Both the position numbers and the translations under genes were made by a program. This document shows positions 1-11,623 of a stretch of DNA of 64,000 nt, in pieces. The notes under the pieces were generated by a model. The model was given only the letters and a program-made list of their open reading frames with translations, did no database searches and was not told where the DNA came from. Within the stretch, counting starts at the first letter, position 1. The number at the start of each line of letters is the position of its first letter. Source of the DNA: Epithemia pelagica (taxonomy: Eukaryota > Protista > Bacillariophyta); NCBI GenBank assembly GCA_946965045.2, contig OX337240.1:1860001-1924000 (forward strand), given 5' to 3'.

Positions 1-335
1 ATGGGTAGTTGCCTCTGGGGACTGGGGATTGGGTTTTGCGTTGTTTGTTTTTGCAGCGGTGCTCTGTTTGGAATTCGGAATGTTTGGAATCTGGCGAAGG
101 ACGAATAATGAGAAATACAACGAAGAATACGAGAAGTAAAAACTACTCTAGGTAGCTAGGTAGTTCTAGTCCTCGTACTTTGCTCTCGTGTTGGTAATGT
201 ACCTGTGATACTCCCTTGGTTCTTTGTTGGTCTTGTGCATCTCGCATCTTGCACCTTCAAACTTCTAACTTCTAAAAGCTAAAAGTCCTACAAGTCCCTC
301 TTGGAGGTTGAAGTATGAAGTACCTCCTTTCTACA

Positions 336-379
336 CTTGCTTTTGCTCCTTGCTCTTGCTCCTTGCTCTTGCTCTTGCT
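336..379 (+). repeat. Imperfect (TTGCTC)n microsatellite
   Basis: About 7 consecutive TTGCTC/TTGCTT-type units read directly. Confidence 0.8.
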
Positions 380-636
380 ACTAGAACTAGAAGTAGGGTA
401 GTAGTCTGTCGCATACTGTAGGACTCCGAACTACTACCTAGGAGTAACTGCTCCTACCAGGGAGTAGGCGACTCAACGCTAGCTAGAGGTTCCCCCTAGT
501 TAAAGATGTTGTATGCAATTGTATCATATTCATTCCTGAAATAGATGAGGCTGCTCTGTTATGATGAATTTGTGCCTCTAGTTTACTTCTGAGGAGTACC
601 ATCGTGTCCTTGATGACCATTCGACCAATATTTAAT

Positions 637-2390
637 TTACATATTGTCTCGCAATACTTTCACAACGGATTTGAAAGCAAACCATTCAGGGATATCTTCT
701 CCTCCACGCAACATTTGACGGAACTTGGTACCCGACAATTTCATAATGTGCAGTCCCTTTTCCTTGGCATCTTCATCCGTGGTGTATCCTTCTTCTTCGG
801 TATAAACCAAGTTGAGGGAGGGAACGGGCTGCACACCAAGACGTTCGGAATTGGCCTTGGCAATGTCTTGGGCGTCGTAGGCACCATAATAGTCTTCTCC
901 CGTGATGGAGGACTTGGATCCAGCCATGTCACGACCGACAATGAAATGGGTGCAACCAAAGTTTTTACGGATGATCATGTGTTGGATGGCTTCGCGGGGA
1001 CCGGCCATGTGCATCGAGTAGGGCAAATATTCCCATTGAACACGGGGATTGGCAGTTTCTTCCTTGAGAACTTCATAGGTCTTGTAGCGAACTTCACCGG
1101 AAATATCATCAGCCTATCGTATCAAGATCGATGAAAGGCAAATTACGTCAAACATTGTTCGATAATACAGCATCAAATGTGAGATGAGAGGAATCGGTTG
1201 AAAAAATGTACAAAATGACAAGATGAATGAATTTCGAATACCACTGCACTTTCCCAATGCTTCAACTCTGTGGCACCATAATTCTCTTTTGACGTCGCAC
1301 GACAAGATACAAACAGCACACGTATATACATACCTGAGTAGGTCCACAAGTGGGGTGCACAAGGACAACACCGCCTTCGCCGACAAGTTCGTCATCGAGA
1401 GAACGGGTGAAGAGTTCGTAGTGGGCACGATGGACAGGGTTGCGACATTGGAAGGCCACCACGTCCTTGTCGGCGGGCAAACCAGCACGAACTTCCTTGG
1501 GAGTTTTGCAGGGGAATTCACGAACGGGAAGATTCAAGCCCGTCACTTTTCCACCCATGTAGTACTTTCCTCGTTCGGTGGCCACCATGAGAGAACCAGG
1601 GTGCTCCAATTCAGAGGTTCCGTAGCATTGTTTGCATTCAATGGCCTTGTTGGGTTCGTACTTGTCTGTCAATTCGACAGTGGCAATGGGCAAATCGCCT
1701 TGTTTCAGCAAAATGGTCGTGCCAGGTGCCAAGTCTTCGTCGTCGGTATCAAAGACAACGGGCAAACCAAAGATGGTGCCATCGGGCAATTCCATGTTTT
1801 CAACGACATGGTTGTACATAGCTTCTTCCATGAAACCAGTCAATGGAGTGAATCCACCATTCATGATCAATTCAACATCGCACAATTGACGAGAGGTGGC
1901 TTGCAATTCAACCGTAGCCTTGGCAATGGCAGCCTCCTTTTCTTCGTCAGACGTCAACATCAAATCGACCAATTCTCCACCACCATGAGGAACTTGCTTC
2001 ACGGTCGTGACCTCGCTGTGAAATGACAAGTAGAGGCAAGAAGAGATTGAGTGAGTCGAAGCTGGTCATGGGAATTTTTCAAAGATACGACACGTGGTTG
2101 GCATGGAGCAATTCGATGCGGTTCGACAGGATGCCACCATCATTCATAGACTTCCCAGTTTGAATGTCATATCCTGACCCTCTGTGAAAGAGGTTCAACC
2201 TGGGGTCCCAGATTTCCATCCAAACTGCGCCGAGGAACAAACTGACCACGCACCTGCTGGCCACTTGGAGTTGTGTCATGGAGAAAGGCGAAGCAACCAT
2301 GGATGATCGTGCGGCCATGGGAGGAGCCGTAGTAAAGGCCGAAGCCGAAGCAACCACAAGAGCGAGGACGGTAGCAGAGGAAAACATCAT
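637..2390 (-). CDS. sat: Plastid-targeted ATP sulfurylase (sulfate adenylyltransferase), 3 exons: 2390-2254, 2015-1334, 1113-637
   Basis: Motifs QCRNPVHRAH, VHPTCGPTQ, YLPYSMHMAGPREA and HFIVGRDMAG. GT-AG introns at 2253-2016 and 1333-1114 join the ORF pieces in frame (VASS/EVTT, GPTQ/ADDI). The N-terminus MMFSSATVLALVVASASAFTT is a signal peptide plus the ASAF motif of diatom plastid presequences. Confidence 0.95.
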
Positions 2391-2558
2391 TCTTCCGATT
2401 TGTCGAAAGGTTGGTTGGACGGAGACAATGAACTCAAATGTTGGTCTGCCACAAGAGAATCTTTTTCTCGGTCGTCGTACGTGCGTCGACGACAACAGTT
2501 TCTCTTCCCCCTTGGAGCGAAACAATGACGTTGGTCGCTCGACACGTGTTACTGTGAA

Positions 2559-2735
2559 GTCGTAAATCTACTTTAATAGCCAGGGTGGGACGAGGAGGAG
2601 CTAGGGTGTGAGGAGTGGCATAACTCCGAGAAGGGCAATAGCGACGAGGAGTGGACTGCCCCTGTGAGATCCGCGTAAGCGGATGGAGGGGGCAGTCCAC
2701 GACAAGAAGCTATTGCCCGACGAGGAGTTAAGCCA
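2559..2735. mobile_element. Hairpin-bearing dispersed element, copy 1 (3' boundary not resolved)
   Basis: Shares GTCGTAA(A/T)TCTAC, ACTCCGAGAAGGGCAATAGC and a nested stem-loop (2633-2718) with 31394-31550. Confidence 0.55.
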
Positions 2736-4041
2736 CGAGGAGCGCCCTGCGACGAGGAGTCCCCCGGGGCTATTAAAGTATGTTAGCTTCCTTTGTCACG
2801 AGGAGTCGTGCCAGCGCGCTCTAGGTATTTTTCGGTCTTCCGAAGTGATCGGTACTCTTAAAATATACTTAGTACTCGTGAGCCTAATTAGTCTTAAAGA
2901 CTTACGCTGGCAATACTCATGATGGCGCACTAGGTAATCTTTAATCCTTTGTAAATAAACTATATCGGATGACTTATAACGCTCAATGTCTAAGTATCAT
3001 TCGTCCCACATTTATCGCATGCCAATCAAACTCCGAGGCGTCCTTGTTCTTTAAATACTCAAACAGAATACTTATAGTCAATGTTCCCCATTTCCCACTC
3101 CGACTGATACAACAACACAACACACAACACAGCACCAACAACCAACACCTACTTTTTCGTTTCCCGGGCTAGTCTAGATTACTACACTAAACGAAAATAT
3201 CCATGTACAGTAAGTTTTGGGGCTTAGGTAGTGTGAGTGTGGGGAGTGACCCACTCCTCAGTGAGTGGGGAAGGGCACGACGACGGTAGAACGACGAGTG
3301 ATAAAGGTAGACACTGACACGTCTACTTCGCGATAGGGAGTGTCACATCAGTGCGTCACTCAAAAACTCCTCATCGGTGAAACTGAAGAATCTATTTCAA
3401 TCAATCAATCAATATGACACGAACGAACGCTTGGAAATGATCCATTCTCTCAAAATGCAAAATGCAATCCAATGGCCTCGTCCTTGTTCCTCTTTCAATG
3501 GAGATCTTTGCTTGTCAGGTCCAATGTTGATGTATCGTTCAACTCTTAACAAAAGAAGAAAGGTAGCTTCTGTAAAACTGTTTCTTCCCGTCATAATATA
3601 CACGATGAAGGCCGTTCAGTCTCCTGGGTGGCCACAACGGTGAAGAATGACAACGGAGTCCATAACCGGCAAACGGATCGACCGGTCGGAGGTTGGCCAC
3701 ATCTCAGCTGATTGGAGACGAGATATTGGTTGTTCAAAAATATTTGATATAATGCATTCAAGCCACCTTCCAAGCAAGTACACGGTCGAACTAAGCGTAG
3801 ACATTCCAATCCATTGGGTCAACCAGCGTGGCGCCGCCATCCAATTCATACTGCCAAGAGTCTGGTTCCATCACACAACATGACCTTACAGAGTCCTTCA
3901 TTGGAATCTTGGAAAGACACTGAATGAATACAGCATGGAGGCGAGGGACTGATTAGACGAGTTGATAAACAATGATGCGCTAGTGGTATTGCAAGCAGAG
4001 AAATGATGCGACAATTCAACAGAATAATAGTATGACTTTTG

Positions 4042-4147
4042 AACTTCAGCGCGAGGATGGTCACCAACAATACACCATGATCTTGACCAGACGACAACTT
4101 CAGCGCGAGGATGGTTACCAACAAAAACACATGATCTTGACCAGACG
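4042..4147 (+). repeat. 54-bp direct tandem duplication
   Basis: AACTTCAGCGCGAGGATGG...ATGATCTTGACCAGACG starts at both 4042 and 4096, with a few mismatches. Confidence 0.85.
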
Positions 4148-4367
4148 TACAAGATCAGACACAAGAAAGGGGAAGGACGCAGCAATTGTAAAGCTATCTG
4201 GACACGACGAATAGCAGGTCGTTCTTATTCCAATATTTCCCCGATTGGAAAGACTTGATTACCGTATCATGAATACTTTGTACTTCACAGAGACCACGAC
4301 AGGTGCGACCAGAGAGAGGGTTATAGAATTTCATCGATGATTCTGATTGGTCAGTGCACGTTCACAG

Positions 4368-6444
4368 CAAAGTCTGAGAATATCACCTTCATCACAAAAA
4401 GGTTGGCTTTGGTACCTTCACCGTTGATGAACCGAATCATGCCGTCCTCCGAATCGTTGTATCCTCCATCGTTCAAGCTACAGACCTTGGTGAACCTGCC
4501 TGGTGAGTTTGTGATGCCGCACTTTGAGATTCATCCACTGTCTTTTCAGTTGTTTCTCATAAACGCTCTTCTGCTCCAGATGAGTCCGCCGTATTCCGCG
4601 TATGTGACTCGGATATCCTTTTGACATCCAATGGCGAGCCGTCCTTTGATAATTGACAGAAGTTGTTCAATCAATGAACCAAGATACACCCCACACTCAA
4701 TGTGACATGGTCTACGTGGACAAAGAGGGAGAGAACATCTTGATCTGTGCGGACGCGGATCTTCAGGAGGTGCTCTTTGAGCACAGGGATGACACGGTGC
4801 CCTTAACTTTGAAACTTCTCCCACGCAAGAGTAAGCAAGTTGTGTTGCAATGTGAGGTGCATGTTTACATGGACGGAGAAGGTAAGCTGTCGGAATCTAC
4901 ATGTCAGGTGCATGTCCCTGTGACGCATATACCTCACCCAAGTCTATGTCATAGATACATCGCACCTTGTTTCTCCTGAAACCTTCCTTGAGGGAGGGTC
5001 CCCGTCCTTTCAGTTGTTTGATGGCGCAGCGAGTAAAGTATTTCAGCTTCAACGAGGGGCTTTGGAGTTTCACTTCTTACTTTCTGACAACGACAAGCTG
5101 GTCATTGGAAGCAACGCAGAGCTTTCTTTTGCGATGGAGAAACACATTGGGTCGGCCCTCTGTATCTGCTGTCGACGAAACACACTCAATGTGACATGGT
5201 CTACGTGGACAAAGAGGGAGAGAACATCTTGATCTGTGCGGACGCGGATCTTCAGGAGGTGCTCTTTGAGCACAGGGATGACACGGTGCCCTTAACTTTG
5301 AAACTTCTCCCACGCAAGAGTAAGCAAGTTGTGTTGCAATGTGAGGTGCATGTTTACATGGACGGAGAAGGTAAGCTGTCGGAATCTACATGTCAGGTGC
5401 ATGTCCCTGTGACGCATATACCTCACCCAAGTCTATGTCATAGATACATCGCACCTTGTTTCTCCTGAAACCTTCCTTGAGGGAGGGTCCCCGTCCTTTC
5501 AGTTGTTTGATGGCGCAGCGAGTAAAGTATTTCAGCTTCAACGAGGGGCTTTGGAGTTTCACTTCTTACTTTCTGACAACGACAAGCTGGTCATTGGAAG
5601 CAACGCAGAGCTTTCTTTTGCGATGGAGAAACACATTGGGTCGGCCCTCTGTATCTGCTGTCGACGAAAGATTCCAATATCTCTGCAGGTTGAGATTTCA
5701 AGTGAAGGAGATGGTACGTCGCACTCACTCACTGCTTTTCAACGTGATCTATTCTGAATAATTGGATTTGCTTTCTCTTTCTTTACAGACAAGCAATTTG
5801 TTACCATAAAGGCAAGCCGAGTGCTGGACGAAGAAGGAAAAGTCAGTTTCAGCACTTTCAGAATGATTGTCTCACCACTCTTGAGCACTTTAGATTGTTT
5901 GGTGACTTTCATGTACCGCGTGGATGACTATCTTTCAGTCATTGCATGTGATGAAGACTTGGAGCATGCTCTTGATATGTTCAGAGGCGGAAAATTAATC
6001 ATCCATACCAAACTACAAAAAAGTATTTCAGTCCTTGAGATACCTTCCAGCATAATTTATGGAAGTACAATTCGTCTCGGAAATCACGAGGGGAAAGCTG
6101 TCGTTGGGTATTGGAATAGTCCGGACGACTATGTCGTCTGGCGACTTGCGGGATTTCGGGCCGGGCAGTACCGAGCGTATACACGATTGGCATCAAAGAA
6201 TAAGGCGGCACTCCTTGTCGGTGTCTGTAGCAGCTTCAATTCTTGTAAACCAACAGACCATGTGAAACATTTCCGGTCCGTCGATACCAGAGACAGCGGC
6301 TCATATTCCAACTACTATGAGTGTCCTCTTGGTAACTTCTCCGTTTCGGGAAAATTTGGAGAATGTTTCTACGTTATTCCCAAAAGAGATGGCTGGGCTC
6401 CGACCAACTTGATGTCATTGACTTTGGAGTTCATCGGAGCATAA
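4368..6444 (+). pseudogene. Multi-exon gene with tandem PB1-like domains and a C-terminal beta-sandwich (CBM-like) domain; frameshifted and internally duplicated
   Basis: OPCA-like motifs YVDKEGENILICADADLQEVL, LSDNDKLVIGSNAELSFAM and YRVDDYLSVIACDEDLEHAL. Splice donors at 4882, 5371 and 5714; acceptors ending 5013, 5502 and 5788. An apparent 1-bp deletion near 4653 breaks PSFDN/LTEVV (compare PSFERLKDV in the paralog near 52.8 kb). The last exon is homologous to 51945-52530. The 5' extent is uncertain. Confidence 0.6.
4692..5669 (+). repeat. 489-bp head-to-tail tandem duplication (4692-5180 / 5181-5669)
   Basis: Both units start CACACTCAATGTGACATGG and end GTCGACGAAA. The ORF translations of the two units are identical with a 489-nt offset. 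Confidence 0.95.
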
Positions 6445-7826
6445 TTCACCCCAAACTGAGTATTCAAGATATTGGCACGATACAGGAAAGAGAATCAGTG
6501 CAAGGTCAACCCACGTCACCAATGTGTTTCATTTCATAATGTCGTGTTGCCAGCCGTAGATCGTTGATTAAATAGGTAGTCCACATGTGGTGCATATTGT
6601 GCTTCGTACAATGACTCGCCCTTCTTTGAATCCTCTCAAGCAAGCGTGTTCTCTGTAGAATCCACCACCCAGTATCCGACGTACTTGAATTCCACATGAC
6701 CGCGAGGCACTTCGGGTCGCGCCAAAGGATGGTTGGAGCACAACAAAAGTCATTGGAATTGTCCAAATGCCATGACTCTACTTTCCAGAAGCATCAGTTG
6801 GCCATTCATTCAGTGCTATTTCCTTGTGTTGATTCAAAGCCCGGCGTCGTAAAAATGCTGGATGAGTCCTGTAGTGTGTGAGCGAAATGCACTTGAGTGG
6901 TTCGAGCCTCGACAATGTATTCATACCCACGACAGGTTGCCGTGGAGATTTTTCGATTCGGCGGACACAAGAGATTCATACCAGATATTGTAGGCCTGAG
7001 AGTTTCGGTGGAACTATTGTCTCGTCACATGTCATTATACAGTGCCACGATCCACCCCTGGAAAGACTTGATGAGAGGTACGTGGCCCCAATGCCAGTGA
7101 CTCGTTGTCAACTTTGCCCATATAATGTGGTGATTCCAGGTCTTTATTGGATTTCGTGTGGATGTAGGTTCGTAATATGCGATTGGATTGAGTGGTTGTT
7201 TTAGATCCCTTCGTCTTTTCGCGTCGCACCGACCCAACAAGAGAGTTTCAAGTTTCAACACAGGAACGTAATCCAGCGCTTCCGAAGTTGGTCCGGATTT
7301 ACAATAGCATCACAAACGAGGACATTTGACAATGGCAATAGTACAGAGACAGAATGAGCAACAGAACAACAGAATTGTGATGCGAGCGCCATGGTCGACT
7401 TCTCACTGCGACTCGGAAGGAACTCACGCGTCGCTATCGCAAGCCAGTGCATTGTACTTAGAGCCCCGGATGAACAAGCATACGGCTGGCTCGATCCAAA
7501 TGATTATTCGGTATATGCCCTCGACCGTTGAATGATATTCGCACGCGAGTCGACTGCAAATGCTTTCCCCTCTCAAGAACACTTTTCTCTTTTCTCACGT
7601 TTGGCCAAGAAGAGATTTGTCTTGTCTTTGTAGCCTTTGTATGATTGTCAACACCCTTGTTGTTGCAAGTCGGATCGTGTGACCAGTAATAATTCTATTC
7701 CGGTGCAACGCACTCTTCTCGTCTTTTCGTCAAACTAGAATGAGCAACCCAGTTTTGAGGAAAGCAACCTAGCTGTCTCTAGACAACCGCAGAGTCCTCG
7801 GCGATCGCAGCGCTTTTATTGACAGC

Positions 7827-8807
7827 ATGGCTTCCCAACAAAACCAAAAGATGAAATCAACTAAAGTTCTGCTTGTGGCTTTGGCTTTGAGTGGTGTGGT
7901 TGTCATGGTGGACGTTTTCGTGGCCCTAAAGACGACTACAAGGAAAGCAAACAGTCTGAGGGAGATTGGGGAAGAGGAGATGATTGTCGAGTCTATAATA
8001 GGCAATACTGTGTCAGTTTCAACCGAGTCCCAGGCACCACCCAATCTGAATGCAAACATTGATCCCCAGATTCGGATCAATCACTTCAAAGATACTGCTC
8101 TATCCCTTCGACCTGTTACGGACAAGATTGGCTACGGGAAACGTGACCGTCATCGGTACCATAACATGTACGGCCAGTTTTTGTTGCCTCTTGCTACCTA
8201 TAAGCCAAACCTAAAGTTTCTGGAGATCGGACTGGGCTGCAACATGCAGTATGGAGCCGGCGCATCCGTCAAGCTGTGGAAAAAGCTTTTACCATCCACG
8301 GCAGAATTGTGGGAGGCCGAATATGACAAAAACTGTGCAGACAAGGCCCAGGCCGCCGGTCAATTGGACGGCATCAATGTTCTGGTCGGTGATCAAGGGG
8401 ATGTAAAAGTCTTGGATTCCTGGATTGAAAAATCCGGTGGTCAGTTTGATATCGTTATTGATGATGGCGGTCATCACAATTGCCAAATCATGAATACATT
8501 TGAGAAGTTGTGGCCACAACTCAACCCTGGTGGCTACTACTTTATTGAAGACTTGCATTTGGGTGTTGCGAGACTCAGAGTTAAGTCGGACCAGTGCACA
8601 AATGTCCCCTTTCACAAATATTTGGACGATTGGCAAAACCAATTGATCTACCAAACATTCCCGGGACAAGTCCAGCCAGTGTACACTTTGCCGAAAGATC
8701 TGATGTTCGTTCACTGTCAGACCGAAGCATGCGTTTTGCACAAACGGAAGGATGATGTCAATCTAGCATATGCCGACGAACCGGGGACAACGGTTACTCA
8801 ATACTAA
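7827..8807 (+). CDS. Type II membrane-anchored class I SAM-dependent (O-)methyltransferase, MycE/Methyltransf_24-like
   Basis: N-terminal TM segment; motif I FLEIGLG; GDQGD; FDIVIDDGGH; LNPGGYYFIEDL; uninterrupted 326-aa ORF. Confidence 0.85.
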   Translation: MASQQNQKMKSTKVLLVALALSGVVVMVDVFVALKTTTRKANSLREIGEEEMIVESIIGNTVSVSTESQAPPNLNANIDPQIRINHFKDTALSLRPVTDKIGYGKRDRHRYHNMYGQFLLPLATYKPNLKFLEIGLGCNMQYGAGASVKLWKKLLPSTAELWEAEYDKNCADKAQAAGQLDGINVLVGDQGDVKVLDSWIEKSGGQFDIVIDDGGHHNCQIMNTFEKLWPQLNPGGYYFIEDLHLGVARLRVKSDQCTNVPFHKYLDDWQNQLIYQTFPGQVQPVYTLPKDLMFVHCQTEACVLHKRKDDVNLAYADEPGTTVTQY

Positions 8808-9349
8808 TTGGAGAAAGAACTTGTTGTGTCGCCGCATTGCGTCCTTCATTTCCCCTCCCTGGCCTGGTCAGGTAAACGCTGGGTTCTTTCCAGCAGCTCT
8901 ACTCTAGTTGCTTTCCTTGTTCCATTCTCAGACATAAGTAACGTTCCATTTCAGCCAATTTTTAGACATTATGGTATTGTATGAATACCAAGACCGCAAA
9001 ATTCCATAACTCTAGAAGCGATGAAAATGGTGGCATGGATGATCGATTGTGAAGCTATTGTACAAACCTCGGTTCGTGTGACGTCTCTTGATGTGGGAGA
9101 GCTCAGAGATCTATTAATATTGTGCCTTTGTTCTAAAGTACATTATTTATTCTTCATGACAGCGACTTCTGATCTGGAATGCACAACACATACAGGACTT
9201 TCAACATGCCTGTCACTGTGCGAATGGGAATGTCATGGTTGATTAATGTCTTGATCGACAATGAGTTTAACCTGTTGAGGCAAAATGAAAGTGATTGCTC
9301 TTGGTCAGAGCACTTGGTTATGCATCATTCGTCGAAACAGACCGATTCT

Positions 9350-11623
9350 CTAAATTTGAGCCGCATTGTCGTCAGGGACTGCACCGACTTTGACAAGAAA
9401 CTTGACGAAACGACGAATCGACTCATCTTGGTTATTGCTTCTCTTTTGTCCTCCAATTTTGGGAACTGTGAGCTGTTGAGGAGGGTCTTGATCATGTAAC
9501 ACTTGGGTTTCTTCTTCGTCGGCCATTTCCCCTTGTTGCGAGACTGTGTTGCATTCATCTCGATCCGATGTCCCAGAACTAGCATGACACTCCGGGAATG
9601 GATAAATCAATCCTTGACTCGGGCCGGACACGGGACCATCCTGGTACGAGTCAGATGGTTCTCTTGCCTTGCCTTGCGACACTTGTTGTACGCCGTAATC
9701 CTTCCTGGCCTCGTTGGCATTGTCCGTGAAAAAAGAAGCTGACGAAACGTTGGAGGAACCGTTCTCACCAGGGACACTTTGAATGGTGGGAATCATGACT
9801 ACGCGAGGTATAGAACCAATGAATGCGTCATCATTGTCTTTGTCGGTGTCGTCGTCGTCGCTGGTCGACAAATCATTATTGCTGGGGGCACCAACGGACC
9901 ATCGGACATTTGGTCGAATCCTTGGTGGTAACTCAGCCATGAGAGATGGAGGCTCGTCGGAAAGTGCAACGCTCTGGTTTGTTCGTTCCTGATGGTCTTG
10001 GTGATTTTCCAGTGATGGCATGGAAGCCATAAGTCGCCCTTGTCGTTCAGGTTCCACGTCGACCACATCTGCATGCTGGTTTTCCGTGTTTGCCGATATT
10101 TCCGTCGGACGTGTTGTCTCTTGGTGAGTGGATTCCAACAATCGCCGGCGCAACAGCTTTTTGATTCTGGGTAAATGCTCCGCCGGACGTGTCGCACTGG
10201 TAGTATTGGCATTCCCAGTGGCTGAATATTGCGATCCAAATTCCACTGACATGTGAGACTGCGTCCCTCCATGAACCATGCGGGTGGCCTTGAGCGGCAC
10301 TGGTTTCAAAATGTTAATGTTCTGAGCCGTACCAAGTGGAATGTTACCACTACTAGTGCTTTGGTGACTGGCAACATGAGTTCCAATGGTGGTTGGTGTA
10401 TCGGAACATTGCTCGTCTACGGCAGGAGCAATTGGACGAAAGAGGAAGGGAGGCAACGTTCTGTCAGATACGTTTGATGCTGCTGCTGTTTCCAGTGTAC
10501 TTGGGCTGGAAACGTATCCTTCCTGTTCAGCATGATTCCGCTTCGGATCCTCTTGCGCGCCTGATCGATTCGCACGTTCGATTTCGAGGATCCGTTTCTT
10601 GATGGGAACATGAGTTCCAATGGTGGTTGGTGTTTCGAAACATTGTTCGTCGAAGGCAGGAGCAATTGGACGAAAGAGAAGGGGATGCAACGCTCTGTCA
10701 GATACGTTTGATGCTGCTGTTTCCAGTGTACTTGCGCTGGAAACGCATTCTTGCTGTTCAGCACGGTTCCGCTTCGGATCCTCTTGTGAGCCAGATCGAT
10801 TCGCACGTTCGATTTCGAGGATCCTTTTCTTGATGGGAACATGAGTTCCAATGGTGGCTGGTGTATCGGAACATTGCTCGTCTACGGCAGGAGCAATCGG
10901 GCGAAAGAGAAGGGGATGCAACGTTCTGTCAGATACGTTTGATGCTGCTGTTTCCAGTGTACTTGCGCTGGAAACGCATTCTTGCTGTTCAGCACGGTTC
11001 CGCTTCGGATCCTCTTGTATGCCTGATCGATTGGCACGTTCGAGGATCCTTTTCTTGATGGGAGCATGAGATCCAATGGTGGTTGGTGTATTGGAACATT
11101 GTTCGTTGAAGGCAGGAGCAATCGGGCGAAAGAGAAGGGGATGCAACGTTCTGTCAGATACGTTTGATGCTGCTGTTTCCAGTGTACTTGCGCTGGAAAC
11201 GCATTCTTGCTGTTCAGCACGGTTCCGCTTCGAATCCTCTTGTGAGCCTGATCGATTGGCACGTTCGATTTCGAGGATCCTTTTCTTGATGGGAACATGT
11301 GTTCCAATGGTGGTTTGTGTCACGGAGCATTGTTCGTTGAAGGCAGGAGCAATTGGACGAGAGAGAAGGGGAGGCAACGTTCTGTCAGATACGTTTGATG
11401 CTGCTGCTTCCAGTGTACTTGGGCTGGAAACGTATCCTTGCTGTTCAGCGCGATTCCGCTTCGGATCCTCTTGTGAGCCTGATCGATCGGCACGTTCGAG
11501 GATCTTTTTCTTGAGGGGAGGTCGGCGACATGGAGACGTAGAAAAGGCCATCTTCTCGTTACCACGAGAGGCAGGGAAGGTTTCCTTTCGCGGTGTGTCC
11601 TTGAACGAAATGGGTTGATTCAT
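9350..11623 (-). CDS. Hypothetical low-complexity protein with five 75-78 aa tandem repeats
   Basis: Long ORF with no stops. ATG at 11623 (MNQPISF) is a plausible start; the ORF is open to 11746. No recognisable folded domain. Confidence 0.6.
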   Translation of the reverse strand: MNQPISFKDTPRKETFPASRGNEKMAFSTSPCRRPPLKKKILERADRSGSQEDPKRNRAEQQGYVSSPSTLEAAASNVSDRTLPPLLSRPIAPAFNEQCSVTQTTIGTHVPIKKRILEIERANRSGSQEDSKRNRAEQQECVSSASTLETAASNVSDRTLHPLLFRPIAPAFNEQCSNTPTTIGSHAPIKKRILERANRSGIQEDPKRNRAEQQECVSSASTLETAASNVSDRTLHPLLFRPIAPAVDEQCSDTPATIGTHVPIKKRILEIERANRSGSQEDPKRNRAEQQECVSSASTLETAASNVSDRALHPLLFRPIAPAFDEQCFETPTTIGTHVPIKKRILEIERANRSGAQEDPKRNHAEQEGYVSSPSTLETAAASNVSDRTLPPFLFRPIAPAVDEQCSDTPTTIGTHVASHQSTSSGNIPLGTAQNINILKPVPLKATRMVHGGTQSHMSVEFGSQYSATGNANTTSATRPAEHLPRIKKLLRRRLLESTHQETTRPTEISANTENQHADVVDVEPERQGRLMASMPSLENHQDHQERTNQSVALSDEPPSLMAELPPRIRPNVRWSVGAPSNNDLSTSDDDDTDKDNDDAFIGSIPRVVMIPTIQSVPGENGSSNVSSASFFTDNANEARKDYGVQQVSQGKAREPSDSYQDGPVSGPSQGLIYPFPECHASSGTSDRDECNTVSQQGEMADEEETQVLHDQDPPQQLTVPKIGGQKRSNNQDESIRRFVKFLVKVGAVPDDNAAQI
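10370..11520 (-). repeat. Coding minisatellite, 5 units of 225/231/225/231/~234 bp
   Basis: The anchor CTTGA(T/G)GGG recurs at about 10601, 10832, 11057, 11288 and 11513. Confidence 0.9.

Noticed and set aside
1-108. Short hydrophobic ORF MGSCLWGLGIGFCVV...KDE* at the window edge
   Set aside because: It could be the 3' end of an upstream membrane-protein gene, but only 35 codons are visible and there is no supporting motif.
604-2026. Plus-strand ORFs of 176 and 267 aa
   Set aside because: Antisense shadows of the ATP sulfurylase exons. The same applies to the many overlapping ORFs opposite the copia, oxygenase, PLD and TM genes.
6500-7500. Cluster of short ORFs that may be a decayed minus-strand gene
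   Set aside because: No recognisable motif and no consistent splicing solution found by eye.
10370-11520. Possible CRISPR-like array
   Set aside because: The units are fully repeated 225-234 bp coding repeats with no unique spacers; there are no cas genes and the context is eukaryotic.
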